Of a stretch of DNA of 64,000 bases, positions 43,033 to 57,163 are shown one piece after another. Under the pieces are notes generated by a model. The model had not been told where the DNA came from. It worked only from the letters and a program-made list of their open reading frames with translations, and ran no database searches. The stretch's first letter is position 1; each line of letters starts with the position of its first letter. Made by a program: the position numbers and the translations under genes. The stretch is from Catajapyx aquilonaris. Lineage: Eukaryota. The stretch lies in the NCBI GenBank assembly GCA_000934665.2, contig KZ538485.1:1-64000 (forward strand), read 5' to 3'.

Positions 43033-43082
<50 letters not shown>
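43033..43082. repeat. (TC)25 microsatellite
   Basis: Direct reading. Confidence 0.95.
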
Positions 43083-43084
<2 letters not shown>

Positions 43085-43710
43085 CATTTTTTTTAAATGT
43101 AACTAAATGAGAGAGAAAAATGCCAACTGAGACCTCATGTATATTTGATTGCGTGGTGAGGAGGGAATAGGACACATGCTATTAGAGTGAAATGCGGTTC
43201 AGGTCCGAGCTCCCTTTAGGGGTCTAATGTGGTCTGAGAGGGGTCAGTTGGGACGCAGAAGAGTCTTCTTTAGACTCGGGGGCAGAATGGTCAGGAGCAC
43301 ACCGGGATCAAAAGCATCGCAGCCCGGGGAAGAGCATGTTCCTGATGCCTTCATGCAGTTGGACCACACATCAATACCGAGGAGAAGGGGCAGGAAAATG
43401 GGGTTAAACCAAACGACCTGCATGTGAGATGATACGCGAAACTATGTCCAAGTAATAACAGTCTGGAATATGCTGTCATAAAGTAAATAATGTCATAATA
43501 TTCCTGTGTGACCTTCGCGAGTCCTGAAAATTGTAGTACCATATAGGTCTGCTACATCGGCATATGAATATTTTAATGTAAGTAAACGTTCCAGAGTGCT
43601 GGAGTTGAGACGTGACCTAGGGGTATATGAATGAATCATTACATGACAGGCCTACTGTATAAAGTGCTGGTCACGAAAAGAAGGTGGGCCATATTTACAA
43701 ATTGCAAAAT

Positions 43711-44012
43711 GGGGAGGCGGAGTGACGGCTGCTGTAACGTATGCGCCCACGGATGTAATGGTCCCTGGTTCGATCCCAAAAAAGCCCGGGAATTTTCCCC
43801 TTCATCTCGTGGAGAGTTCGGGGTCATCTCTGGCTTCGTCTCGGGTGGGATTTCCGCTATAGACTAACCACCCGGGGGAGTTCACAAAATGACCATAGCA
43901 AAGACATTGCACTTGCACTTTGCACATCCCCTCCCAGTCACCTTGCCCTTGGACCAGGGCGCTCGTCGTTAATGAGTAATGACAAGCTGTACCTTGAGGC
44001 AAATAAAGGCCC
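43711..44012 (+). mobile_element. tRNA-derived SINE, copy 2
   Basis: B box GGTTCGATCCC; shares ATCTCGTG, GGGTCATCTCTGGCT, AACCACCCGGGG, TCACAAAATG and TGCACTTTGCACATCCCC with copy 1. Confidence 0.8.
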
Positions 44013-44519
44013 GTGCAAAAACCTACACAACCTGTACTCCACCCAATTAATTATATTAAATTACTAAATAAAGCAATTATTCTTTAATTTAATCGCCTCG
44101 TCCGCACTCCGTTGTGAGGACTATGAAGTATATAGATGAAATTTACAAGTTCGATAAGTTAGCTCACGTAAATATAGATAAGAATGTTGTGGACTTTAAT
44201 TTCCAGTCAGTTCTTGTTGCCTGATCATTAGTTTTGATTGGCAATTAATTGAATGGATGATTCAAATTCATGATTCAATTGGAATGCACTGTATTTAAAA
44301 ACTGGATATTGACGAGTGTACTGTATAATGCAAAAATTAAAGTACCATTCACGACTCCATACATATCCCTGCCTTCTGGAATGTCTGCAGGCCTGCAGCA
44401 GCCTGTAGAATGTCTGCAGGCCCTACAGGTAACATCTGAAAATATCTATATTTTTTACACGCCGCCCAACAAGTTGGTTCGCCCGATACTGTACTTCTGC
44501 AGAACCAGAAAACAGCTTT

Positions 44520-44895
44520 GGGTATACGAGTACGTATAGTCTACTCATTCCTTTTCTCCCATGAGTTCGATTTTCACGGGAAAAATTCCCGAGTATCCAG
44601 AGTACAAGAGAAGAGATATTCCAGGCAAGAGGTTGCGATGCGATGGTGTGGCCACCGTATTATAGTTGGTACGCGGACAGCTACGCCGCGCCGTCGTCAT
44701 TCTCGACAGCGATCGTCGAGGGGTTGATGTGGTAAAGGAGTGGTGAGGAATCAAGACTTTTGGTTCCTGTTGTCCTGACTGCAATATCATCAGCCCATCC
44801 TCAATAATTCAATGAAATACCCTACTTTGTAATTAGGCTCGAGTACTGCGAGTACATATGGTATATTCGGGGATGTACTCGTACCATACCGCCTA
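44520..44895. mobile_element. Possible old hAT-like MITE remnant
   Basis: GGTATACGAGTAC ... GTACTCGTACCATACC inverted ends with repeated (C)GAGTA subterminal motifs; no TSD seen. Confidence 0.3.
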
Positions 44896-47289
44896 CTACT
44901 GTAGCATATTCCTGGAATCTAGATTAGAAAATACTGTACGCGACTACCTTGTCTATTATCCCTGAAGCCCTGAAAGTATAATTGGGCTCAGATGAAGTCG
45001 CTTCATACAGTATTTGAAACGGATACCGAGCATACAGTTTCCATAACGTTATGTGAAGAAATCATGTGCCCAAGATTTTATAAAGTACAGAGTAGGAACC
45101 CAACATTCCTCAATCATATACTGCATTGTATAGTACGCTATATTTTTCCGTTTCTCGATTCCACGAAACTCTGCCACAAGAGTCTTCCCAGGCTGGTCTG
45201 TCAATACGCCAACGTCGTTCGAAAAAGAGTCAGGTTATTAATAAAGTATGCCACTGCATCAAGACCTATATAAGCGCCAAAATCTAAATGTCTGGGAGCA
45301 AGGACCTTTTGTTGGCTTTTATGCACTGCGCAGAGGCTAATTCGCCAAGTGCTGAGGCTTCACCCGAAACATCCCGAATTGGTATGCAAGTGCCAAACGA
45401 CCCTTGATCCTAAAGAGCCCAAAAATCACATTTGCCACGAGGCAGAACTTGTGCCAGTTTGCCGCAGCATGCTCAATCATTACAAGGATCCGAGCTGTAG
45501 AACGCCTTTCCCAGAGGGTAAGGAAGAGAAAGTAATTATTAATTACGCCCAGACCTCCATAACCAGAGAACGGAGGCTAAATGACCATTCAGGGAGTACA
45601 TTGTTGCAGCTCCTAAATTGTGCGGGTATAAAATATGAAGTGTAGGAATTAAGATTCTGCATGATGTACATGGGAAGGAACCGTCGGGCATGTAGTGGAA
45701 CAAGTGGATAGTTTTGAATTTTACGTGGCAAGAAAGGACAAGGTGTCAAGTAATTAGCCTGAATAAATCTCCAGGCACTGATGCTGGACCATGTAAATCT
45801 CAAATAATGACCCGTTAAAGTCCTTACAAATCGCCATTGCTGGCAGTGGCTTACTCTCTGCCCCTATGTCAACCATACCTGTTGCATGCCCAGCCATAAT
45901 TCTCAGGGAGTCTCTTTCTGCACACGCTTATCAGCCGACATTACAGGCTACACTTGATTCATCTACTGCCTCATTGTGCTGCAGGAAAATGTGAAATGGC
46001 GAATCCCTTTTTTAAAAAAAACTTATGGCATCTTTTGGGTTAGGCCTATCGTTAGGAAATAGGTAGTGTAGTTTATATTTTCTAGGCAAGAAGAGAGACA
46101 GTCGAGGAAATTATCATGTAAAAGGAGTGTTGCAGGAGCGTGTCTCTGTGGCCGAAGAGAGGAGAACCACTTAGGACGCCAAAGTGAAGCCTGCGGCTGC
46201 GGACACTGCTATTTAGCGCCTATAAATGCATTATGGTGAGTGATGGTGAGCCTTTATGCAGAGTATATAAAACAATGCCACGGTATGAACCTTGTCAAGT
46301 TTAGCCTACACTGCTGGCACCTCCAATTCTGCAAAAGTGGCATTTAAAAACTAGGCCTGACGCTCAGCGTGCAGGTGTGGATTAATCTACAATCTTGATC
46401 TACCTAATAATTCTAAAGTTATTTCATTTTAATGGAAGCCCAGCACACCTCGAGTAATTGCATACTTCCATCTCCACCTCCGCATCGCCTTAGGAAAGTT
46501 CGCATGCCTTCTCCGCGAATAAGTGGGTCGTTAGACGATGCATTATTGAGCCAGGTAGTTGAAAGCGTTATGCGCCGTTACCAAAATTAAAATTAGGCTA
46601 AATAAATGGGGTGTCACGCATGGCTTTCATGAGCTATGTGACTCCAAAGCATAATAGGCATCCAGTGTTTAGCTTTTTTATAATCGTGTATTATTATAAT
46701 TTTTACCATGCACTTTGTCTATTTATTACGCTGCATCCCAACTTTCATATAAGTAAACGGTTGAAATACTGTGTGAACAAATAAACTATGGCAGATATCA
46801 ACGCAGTGCTGACCAAATTGATGGAGATAATTTACTTTGCGAAAGGCTGCGACGGGTTCACTGAAAAACCGAAGCAAGGGGAGTCTCAGCTTCACATGGA
46901 TATACGTAGGTCTTGATGAAAATATTTTTAGATCATTATCTGGACTAGGCCTATATTCGGTAAGTTTTGGTATTATTAAAAAATTAATGCTGCTACACAC
47001 CAACATTTTAAACTTTTAAAGAGATGATTTGCAGTGTAAACATGCAGTGGATGTAATTAGTAAGCCTGTTAGTCTTACATACAGGGATTCGCCCACTCGA
47101 CAGTTTTCATGCAATACCGAGAGTGAAAAGAGAACAGTGTGTTCTGCTGGGAATAAAAAATTGGATGCGGTAAACCAAGGCCAATTAAAAGCATATTTCA
47201 AACACAGCTCTTTTATGTTAATAAAATGCAATCTGGCAATGTTATGACGCAATAATCTCATTTGTAACTTCGATCTCGCAGGTATTTTG

Positions 47290-47809
47290 ACAAAGGACAA
47301 GGCACAAAATGCATGGGCGAGTGGCCTTCCGTTCGATTTGCCTGAAAATTGGATATGTTGCAGCCCAGATCGTCCTGATCAATGTTGGATAGGGACATTT
47401 CGAGGTAGGACCTACAGGAAGCATGCTAATCGCTATTCATCGAAGAGGCTACTCAATACCATAGAAGACTGCTGTGAGAGAAACGTTCCTTACATTGACC
47501 CAATGAATGTTGAAGTACAGCTGGAGCCAGATGACAACCTTCAAGGAGTAGAATTTGAACCAGGTGAATAGGTAATAAAGATTAATAGATAATTTAATGC
47601 AATAACCATTGAGTTCCTGGAGACAAGATTATTGTAGTCTACTACTCCCCCTATTACCTTCGGAGGTCATTAGCATGCTCCCTGTAGATCCCCCCTTAAG
47701 ATATCCCTATACAACATTGATCAGGACGGTCTGGGCTACAACATATCCAATTTTCAGGCAAATCGAACAGAAGGCCACTCGCCCATACATTTTGTGCCTT
47801 GTCCTTTGT
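47290..47809. mobile_element. Foldback/MITE-like element with about 141-bp inverted repeats
   Basis: 47290-47430 is the near reverse complement of 47669-47809 (ACAAAGGACAAGGCACAAAATG...GCATGCTAAT); no clear TSD, superfamily unassigned. Confidence 0.85.
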
Positions 47810-48082
47810 AGAAAACACGAAGGCTTTCGTATAGTCGCAAAACAAAGTTTTTTGATACACTGTTCTGCAAAACTGAAACTTTCACAAAAGAAAAAGGAAT
47901 CTCATATATCCGTTTTAATGCAAAGCTAATATTTTTGTGATAATCTTCACAACAGAAATCCCCAATCAACGTAGCCGTTACTGATTACCAAATTCAAGTC
48001 CAACACAGAGAATTCTCTCACATGCAACAAAAATTGCAGGTCAATGGCATAAAATAATGTCATCACCCTGATTTTAGAGCTA

Positions 48083-48155
48083 AACAGATCATTATTCCTA
48101 TCGAAAAATGTCAACAGATCATTACTCCTCTGGAAAAAATGTAACACGAATCGGG
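48083..48155. repeat. About 30-bp tandem duplication
   Basis: AACAGATCATTA(T/C)TCCT...GAAAAATGT twice. Confidence 0.65.
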
Positions 48156-51100
48156 AACCAAATCACAAGAAAACAACTTGCTCTCACATTGGACAGGGAG
48201 AGACAGAAAACCGACCTTACGATCTGACGTAAGGACACAGACAGTGAAATGCAAAAATATATTTTTTGCTCCTTCTAATGCATATTTCACGGTTTGACAT
48301 TTTAAATCGCAGGTTGAATCGCATTGTTTTTCTGCCGTTGCATTCTGATTATAATTCAACTCTCCGTTGGCACAAACATGAAATTTCTCACTTTTTATGC
48401 AACCTTTCCATAATTACTTGAACGCCTCCGCATCAGAAAATTGCAGTCCCCACATCCATATGCGCCCACACATAAAAATTAGTCCTTTAGAGAGAATAAG
48501 TAATGAAGGTAAACTCATTTAAAATTCACACGCTGCCTAATCCTCAGATGAACCAAGACATAAATCGACAACATCGATTTAATGAGAACCGTACCAGAAC
48601 CGTGCAAAAAAAATGCCATATTTTTAATCAGAAAAATTATGTCGCAAAATTTCAAGCTCTAGAACTTGTTTTCCAACCATTTCTAATCAAAGCAACCTAA
48701 CTTTTAGGGGGTTTCATACTCCAATGAATGCTCATCAAAAGTTTGCCAACTTTTTTTTTCTTCTCTTTTGCCCCTCCCCCTTCCCCCTGCTCCACCCCCC
48801 TCTCTTTACTTCAATTTTTTCTATACTTTGAATGAGGACGACCATCACGTATTGATTTCCTTCCTGGCCTGGTTGAGGTTGGGCACGCCAGACAAAAGGA
48901 TGAAACTGCCCCAACCAGACCGTTTCCTCCTCGTAATGGCTTCAAATTGATGGGGGTCAATGAAAAATTTATAGTGATCATACAGCACCGGAGATGACTC
49001 GGAAAGAGATGGATCTCATTGTGTTGAATTCTTGGCGGCATATCCAAAATGCCCGTCGAGCTGGAATTTACGTCCGTGGCTAAATCTGGTCTGTCTGGTT
49101 TTAGTGGAGTGAGTCCACATTAGGCCTGCTATTAATATTGTAAGGTGACAGCAGGGACATTATCATGTGACGTGGTGTTGGCTTTTTTCACACGAGGTAT
49201 GGGGCTTAATAGTTTGCCTATCAGTCAATGGCCAGGTTGTATCAGAGTAGGCTAGGTTTTTTCCTAGGTTGAAAAAAAAGGCGTGTGAGCACTGAGCAGA
49301 GGCTGAGCTTACTCGAGCTGAATGGTACATTAAAAATTTATTGGTCAAACAAGAACACGGGGCATAAGTAAATCTCGGACGGTAAATGTCAAAATACTAT
49401 TCGTTGAAAATCGCATTGAAAAGGGCACTGCTGGCCACTGGTCAGCTCAGCGGAAAGCCCTCTAAGCCGGTTCTATAGTCTCCTCCCCTGAAACCAACTC
49501 TGAGAAATGTAGTACTTTTGTGGGTTCCAATATCAACAAAATGAGGTCTCTAAATCACGTCTGTTTTGCGCAGTACAGATTCAGACAGGCCTATACATAT
49601 TTGATATTTTCTATTTTCTATTAATTTTTATTTAATCCAGAAAAATTACTATAATGTGTACTGTACAGTTTTTTGAATATATAATGAAGGTCTGCACTGC
49701 AGTGTAATTTTAAATTTAATTTTGAAAGTTCCTAGAATTCTGCCTGTTGGCCGTTTGATCAATCCTATAAATGATTCAATTGAGTGAGCGGGTGAATGAG
49801 TCGTGTAGGAAGGCTACAAGATTAATGTGGGTCGAGCTGGTATCGTAAGACCTACTATCTGGTCGCGCGTCTCAAGGAAAGGACGAGTCTGCAGAATCGA
49901 TTTCCACTGTTCCTGACTCTTCAAATTGCGAATCAGCCATTGCTTCGGGGAGCTCGCTGCTCCAATTTGATTTACGCAACTCTTCCGTGGCACCTGCTCA
50001 CAAAAAAAATAAGAAAGTCTTTTGATACATAATGGATCAATCTCGCGACTCCCGCAAGAATAGGGCCTTCTCATCTCGAAAAAGTGGTACAATCAAACAT
50101 TTTGCTTCATCGATCTATAAAGGTCGGAACTTCTTTTGTTTTTTTGTTTCCCGAATTGACTGAAAATCGTGGGATTGGAATCGAAGAAATGTGCATTACA
50201 ATTTCCGGGGTATTATGTAAGACAAGATGTAAGAGCTTAATGTTGCTAATGTTGACTTCTACTTGAGCTGCAACTGGCCCAATGAAGTGATTAGTCTGAA
50301 CAAATAACATTTTCGTGTTCTTAACCGGTTAGGCCATTCGTTACATTCGGTGCAGGTAGACCAAAGTCTAGTCACGGCTCCTTTTATTGGTCCGTCTGTC
50401 CGCTGTGTTCCACAGTCTGTAAAGGATTGAGTTCCAGATCCTCTGCAGAGTCTATGGTAAGATTCAGTCTACTGCCTATAGAGCTGAAATCCAGTGTGTT
50501 GCACGAACAGTGCGCGAATAGTGACTAATTTATTCAAATGACCAATCACACGGTCATTTGGGTGGATAAATGGCTGCATATGGTCTGTGCAGCCATCCGC
50601 CCGGGTCACGATTTACTGGGTCAAATCACACATCCGACTAGCTTCATAGTATACTGTACAGCACGTAGATTATAGTACAGTGCATATATTGGAAGGGGGC
50701 TTTACATATATGTATTCCAACGTTCGATCCTCAGTTGCTGTGCTTAGAGAGAGATTCATCAGGATTTTACTGCTAATTCCTCACTTGCTAGACTGAGATT
50801 ATACGTGTTCCAGAGATCATCAATTACACATGCTTATACAGTTTCGGGTATAAAGCTTCAAAATATTATAGCCCTGCTAATTAATGTATCGACAGTACTA
50901 GTGCAATAATATTACTAGTATAGCCTAACTGGAGCAAACAAAACACCCTGCGGCCAGTACTCAAACAAGGTACAACTTCATAGACTCATGTGTTGCGTTG
51001 CATTTACACGCCAGTAGCAGACCTCTCAAACAATTACCACGTAACTTCGGGGAATAATGGTTACCAATTAACACTTACACTATTATAGAATTCATAGAGT

Positions 51101-52782
51101 ACATAACTACATCTTTGGCAACTCCTCGTAGATATGCCCAAATAGGGCTAAATTATATGCACAAAATATCAATATATTAGTGAACGGAGGTCACAGCTTT
51201 CATGTGGTTTTCATTGGCATTCCTAAAATTAATATGAGCAGACCCTGATCCAGCTCATAGCCGATGGAACAAGGTGAGAACTGACGAAACACACGAAATT
51301 GCACAACAAAAAAAGGGATAACGTGACCACGAAAGCTAGTAACTCTGATCCTGTACGATAATTCTCGGCTTGTTTGCGGTTTTCGTTTCCGATTTACGCG
51401 AGGCTTTTAATTCGCAAGGACTTGCTGGTGTAAATCAGATTAATGAATGGCTAGATCCTCCTGCATTTTTTTTGTGATTACGACCCATTGCTCTTTTCAT
51501 ATCGATTACGATTTGTATACGTCGGCACCTAGTCCGAAAATTTAGTAGTGCGGCGACATTAAGGCGGCAAGCAAGTCCCTAATTGCGTGCAGGTCATTAG
51601 TTTACATGTCCGGCACGTTGCCAAATCCAAGCTCAACAATCCGGGGATAATCAACAGGCCCGGGGCAATACCCGATAATTTCACGGGTACCGAAACTTTC
51701 GTCCCTATCAGCACGATCGATCAGAACCTACGAACAATTTTTTATAGGCATTGGCGATTTAATTCGTTGCGCTTTCCATGGAATTAGGGCCATTTATCCC
51801 ATCACTCAAAGTTACTAATAATGATCGCCTTGGATTAATTATAATTCTTCTAGAAGAACGTGGCATTCATTAAATGAATCCATGTATAGAGAGATGTATT
51901 ACAGGTCTTCCTGACTGATGGAGACTATTCATGTCACAAGTCTCCAATGAGTTCAGTGAAAAACTGGTAATGTCTCTGCTCTGTATGCATCATTACATCA
52001 GTGCATCGGACCTTGCACTGGAGCAGATGCATCTTTGGGTACCACAGATAGTGAACAGTCTGGAGTCTTGCAAACATACATTGTGACAGCATGGGACAAT
52101 GCACAGATTGCTACACATTCCCAGAAAGTAAGACTGGAGGTAAATGTTTCTACCACCCAAGTTGTGAGTTCCAGATAAAATTTAGCAAAATAAATAATGC
52201 AGTAAATGAGTAACGTGATAGCCTATTTGCCCTCCATATCCGTGCCACGCTTTCATAAATACCTGACATAGTACTATGGCCTACAGGCATTGCTGATCTG
52301 TCTAGTTGCGATATTCAGTGCTAACAGGGCATTTATTATGAGCATTATTCAACTAGGCTAATTACTAGGACACTTCATCTATAATCCACGGAATAATTTG
52401 GAAGTGGCACTGAATTAGTGTCCCCGCAAGACATTAGCTTTATAACACCATTTGAAGTGATAGAAATGTCGAAGGTGTAGACAACATTAAATGAGATGTT
52501 ACGTTCCTCTGCTGCTTCGCGTAAGTCTGGTGACTAAATTAATTCATGTCTTAACCAGAGTTGATGGGGTTGATGTGATCAAGTCTCACAAATTACAGTA
52601 TTACATTCACCTCAAATACGACAGGAGTAGATCCAAGAGTTTTAATTGCCAGATTTGTATTCTATGCTGCATCATGCATATCATGACGTTTACTAACATT
52701 CTGAGAAACAATATCACAAATCTGCAGTAATTATTTCCAGTAACAAACTCACTGAAATGACGTAAAAATTACACCATTTGAC

Positions 52783-53030
52783 GGGTGTGGTGAAAAAAGG
52801 TGATAACCTACAAAAGTGTAATTTTTCAGGAGAGCGAATTTAAGTTTACACTCTCTTCACAAATCATAGGGAATGCTGGTTTTGATCTAGTCCGTGTTGC
52901 CGTCTCGTGCATGACACGTGAACTTGGAAATATCACACTGTTTGTCATGTCTTTTACATATGAGTTGCTAGGTGTTTAGGTCAAAAATGACCAAAATGAG
53001 GGTTATCACCTTTTTACACCATCACACCCC
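52783..53030. mobile_element. Degenerate MITE-like element with about 26-bp imperfect TIRs
   Basis: GGGTGTGGTGAAAAAAGGTGATAACC ... GGTTATCACCTTTTTACACCATCACACCCC. Confidence 0.5.
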
Positions 53031-56000
53031 TCCTATCATACTGATATTTTGAAGCAATTATGTATAGTAATATATTAACTGAGTTACATTTATTTTGAAT
53101 GGCACATTATTTTCATTTCTTCAAACTTAATTGAATTTATTATGATAACTAATTTTAATACAAATCATCATGACTCGAGTATATCGTATTAACTCATAAA
53201 TAAAATTAAATCATAATCACCCTCGCATGCCACTACCAAAATTTCAGTCAACAATAGTCCAATTATTGCATAAATTAATATGCCTTGTTGTTGCAGTTAA
53301 TGGTTGTTCAGATTGACCGAACGTCAAATTGTCTCCGGAAGATTTTAATTTTGTAATTTGATTTTCAAAAAAAATTGTACGTTTTGATCGCCTTATCGCC
53401 TCGTAATCCTACTCACCCGAATCCCATTCTATAATAAACGAGGCTGAACTAATATCAGTGTAACGACGGTGGAATTAAGTGCGACGCGCACGGGTTCATG
53501 TCAGTCACATCACCTTTGACATCCCCTCGTAATATGATTTGCGTGTAAATATTTTCTGGGCGTGATCCCGCACAGTTATTCGGAGTTTGAATGTTTCACA
53601 CGGTATATGCGGTTCTTTCAACACTAAAGCGTCTTATTTTTAGATGCTCAAACAAAAAAAGATCTAGCGTGTAGAAACCACACGCAGCATGACAGAAGTA
53701 GACGAAGTCTGTGCGTACAAATTTTCTTAGTAAAGCTCCAAAAAAATGTGCTTGGTCGTACCACATAGCAACGGTCTCAAATGCATCCGATAATCACTAT
53801 GTAACAGTACTTACAGAATATTCGTATGCAAAGTACATATAACGTTGCACAAAATGAAACACCCATGCGTAATAGGAACCAAACTCATTCTGATTTGTGT
53901 GTGGTAAATATTTGAGCTACATGATATATTCTTCTCACACATTATTGAGCACATAATCAGTATGTTATCCAAAAACAGGGCCATGCACAATTCTCATTGA
54001 ATGTTGCAGCAAAACATGACCATGAAGCAACTCAATACGCATCCAACATGGCATTGGACGCAACACTCGGAGGCAGAAAAAAACATTGGCGGAGTGTGTG
54101 AATTCGACATATGGATGCAGGTACCCAAGGCTGCACGGTACACATTCAGGCCAGACTTTTACACGAATGAAAGGTTCTCCTGTCCACTGAACGCATTCAT
54201 TCCCACTGTTTGTTTCATATAGGTATAATGAAAATTTTATTGTGCGGGTTTGTCAGGAATGGTGCAGTAATCCCGCACAATTAGGGGGAAGCCTTTTTTA
54301 CATATCAAAATATGGCATGAGCAGCTTACATTGATTATAAATTTATAATACACTAATGAGGTAGGCTGATGCTGCTTGAATCTACGTACATGTTTATGCA
54401 CACAAATTCGCTTTTAGAACGAGTTAGACCATTCTGAAACTTGCCATGTTCCTTATCGTGCTGTAGGCTAGTTATGAAAGTCGTTTATGTCCATTGAGGT
54501 CTCACAGACACCATTACTTGCGGTAGGTATTAATTTATTCATCAGGCCCAATTATCCAAAATCGTCGTTCCATGTTTTTAACTGTCGGAATTATTATGGT
54601 TGTTTAACGTACAATACCACTGTATATTTTCAGTCGGTATTTATATGTAGGTATTTGTAACATAGACTAAAATTATCATTTTGTCAGTTACATACAGTAC
54701 GATAGTAAAATTATCCAATTTGCTGAAATGTAATAACGATTTAACCAATGGGCTAAACAATATATTATCGGTGTTCATGACATCGAACTTACGTACGTGT
54801 TGCTATAATTAATTACAGTACACTGATTGCACCGTAATATTAAAATAAATTTTAGTTTTTAGCCTGATTTTTACTTAGACTGATTTTTACATTAGTAAAA
54901 CATTCGAGTATCCCATTATTGTGTTCAGGCTGTACCTTTATTATGCAGTGCACTACGATACCTCATTGAAGAGATCATAAATTTTCATAATTTTGCAGTT
55001 CCATAATATGAAACTAGTGATTGTGTGAACTTAGTTGCGAAAAAGCTAACTACAACCTGTACAGAGCTGCGAATGTGTGTACTGCATAAAGTGCAAGCCA
55101 GGTATTGATCGACAAATCCGCAATAATTGAATAATGCAATTACCTCCCATTTGGTGCATTTCATTCCTCAATTCATATTTCATTATTTGTAACTGTTGAC
55201 TCTGACCTCTTAATCATGTGTTTTAAAAAATAGCTCCATTCATTAAATGCGTTACAAAACAGGAAAACCAGCCTTTAGTTAAAATAATTTTTTTAAATAG
55301 ATACTACTGTATCTAACTCTATCCGATGTGATTGTTATTTTCACTTGAACTATTATCCCCATACATTGGCCAAGCTTTTGGTGGAGTTGGCTGCATCTGC
55401 GATTTGGAGGCCCATCCCGGTAAGTGCTAGTGGGCTTAATAGGTACACATTTCTCCACCAAATCCGTCGTTATAGAGCAGTGCGAATAAGCTGCCCAACC
55501 GATTCCAGAAGACAAATGACCAGACTGCGAGGCGTCAAAAAAGTTACCACCGTTCAACCCTCCACGTGGATCACTCGTTCATGCCATTGCACTTCCTCCA
55601 CTGATAAGCCATTTTCTTCAACTACCATCCAGGAGGGTATATCTACCTGCATTACAGAAATAAGAAAAGTTCCGCAGTTACAGGCCGACAGCAAGAAAAA
55701 GGGTAAAGAGTGTAATGGTCACCCAAAAAGTGATCATTTTGTTCGAAAAATAAGTCTCGAGAGTTATGCAAATCATTAGGTTTGGGTATTCGAACATCGT
55801 ATTTCATGAAATCAAATCATGTGTATCAAGTGAACTTTGCCTATTAAAGCCAGTGCATTAGTGTAATTAGCATGTGTGTATAGATGTTTAGGGCAGCTGA
55901 GGGCCCAATCCAGTAGGACCCTTATACGTGCGTGGGAAGCAGGATTTTGTGCTGCGTCATTTGTGGAATTTTCCGATACAAACCTTGCTCCTAAAACGCG

Positions 56001-56644
56001 GATATTCAAAAGGCTTGTCTGCTGCCACTGTGTCGCATTCCTCATCAAAGACATCATTACCTACATTATTACTGCAATCAGCTTTTCTATGTACAACGCT
56101 AATTTCAGCAACTTCAAAAACTTTTTTTTTAAATATTTGCTTCTGTAGTCTTATTCGATTTATCATCTATAAGAATAGCACAGTTAAACATTCAGTAAAT
56201 TCAATTTATTTCCCTACAGACACCCTATTGTTGCAGTGACTAAAGGGGCGCATTTTACTGTTCTTCACTGTACAACAGGGTGGTTGTTATTTAATACATC
56301 TTGTAAATTGCCTCGTTTGCCTATGGAAATGTTCTGCGGTAGCCACATAATTTCATTACTGCCCAATTATGCTCATTCAGTAACATCAGCATTCTGCAAC
56401 CATGCAGGTGTAAACTGCCGGAACCATTGCACCGTACAGCGATGCACTATAAATAACCTGACTCTGACCTTTTCAGTCAAGATATTCCCACATTTTACTA
56501 CCCATTTCCAAACGGTGGCAGCACCCTGATGGTATTACGGGGGCTTCCAAGGCGACAGACACCGACGTATCGTGTCGCACCGTACGTGTACGAGTGACCT
56601 TGTCACAGTAACCTGTAAACGAGGATTGGCAGTACACAACTCAC

Positions 56645-56913
56645 CTCGTGGTCCAAAGTTGAGCATCGGCCGAAAGACGGCCCGGCTGGGGGTCCCGAGT
56701 GTCGGCCCTTGGAACGTCGTTAGAACCGAAGAATCTATGCGGGTGACTCCCTGTATGTCCTGTTGGTCACCATCATCGTCGTCGTAGGTACAACCACAAT
56801 AATCCTGAGATGGCCACTCGCGATGCCATGTATGTCAGCAGCGGCACTGCGCGGCGGTGGGTGACATTGTGTCGCAGCAATTCACTAACACAGGTCACAG
56901 GTCATCCCGCGCA
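56645..56913 (-). other. Probable non-coding 5' UTR exon of the RGS gene
   Basis: Strong acceptor (tttttcttctgcaacag|) and consensus donor (GAG|gtgagt) in CpG-rich sequence. The RGS start exon begins directly after an acceptor, so it needs an upstream exon. The link to RGS is inferred. Confidence 0.55.
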
Positions 56914-57163
56914 CTGTTGCAGAAGAAAAATGTACGTGTGTGTATGATACCACGGAGGTCAAACAACCTCAGTCGACCGGGGTGAGACTTTTATTTGGAA
57001 AGCTACCAATTTGGCAACGACCAGATGTCATGCATGACCCTATTTGAATAACTTCCGCATGACAATGACCCATTACATAACCCAGAAGCAGTATGAATGA
57101 CAGATGGCATCATTATCATCGTGTGTGAGGTTGGATGGGAACGATCAAGGGGGCGATATGTAC

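Noticed and set aside
54239..54281. 10-bp hairpin ATTGTGCGGG/CCCGCACAAT as a Helitron end
   Set aside because: No correctly spaced CTRR terminus; an isolated stem of this size can occur by chance.
55279..56166. Protein-like ORF fragments on both strands
   Set aside because: Interrupted by stops and no identifiable domain.
56645..56867. MSPTAAQCRC-TGA-HTWH… open frame suggesting selenocysteine readthrough
   Set aside because: No selenoprotein similarity, no SECIS seen, and the frame does not join the RGS CDS; better explained as a uORF.
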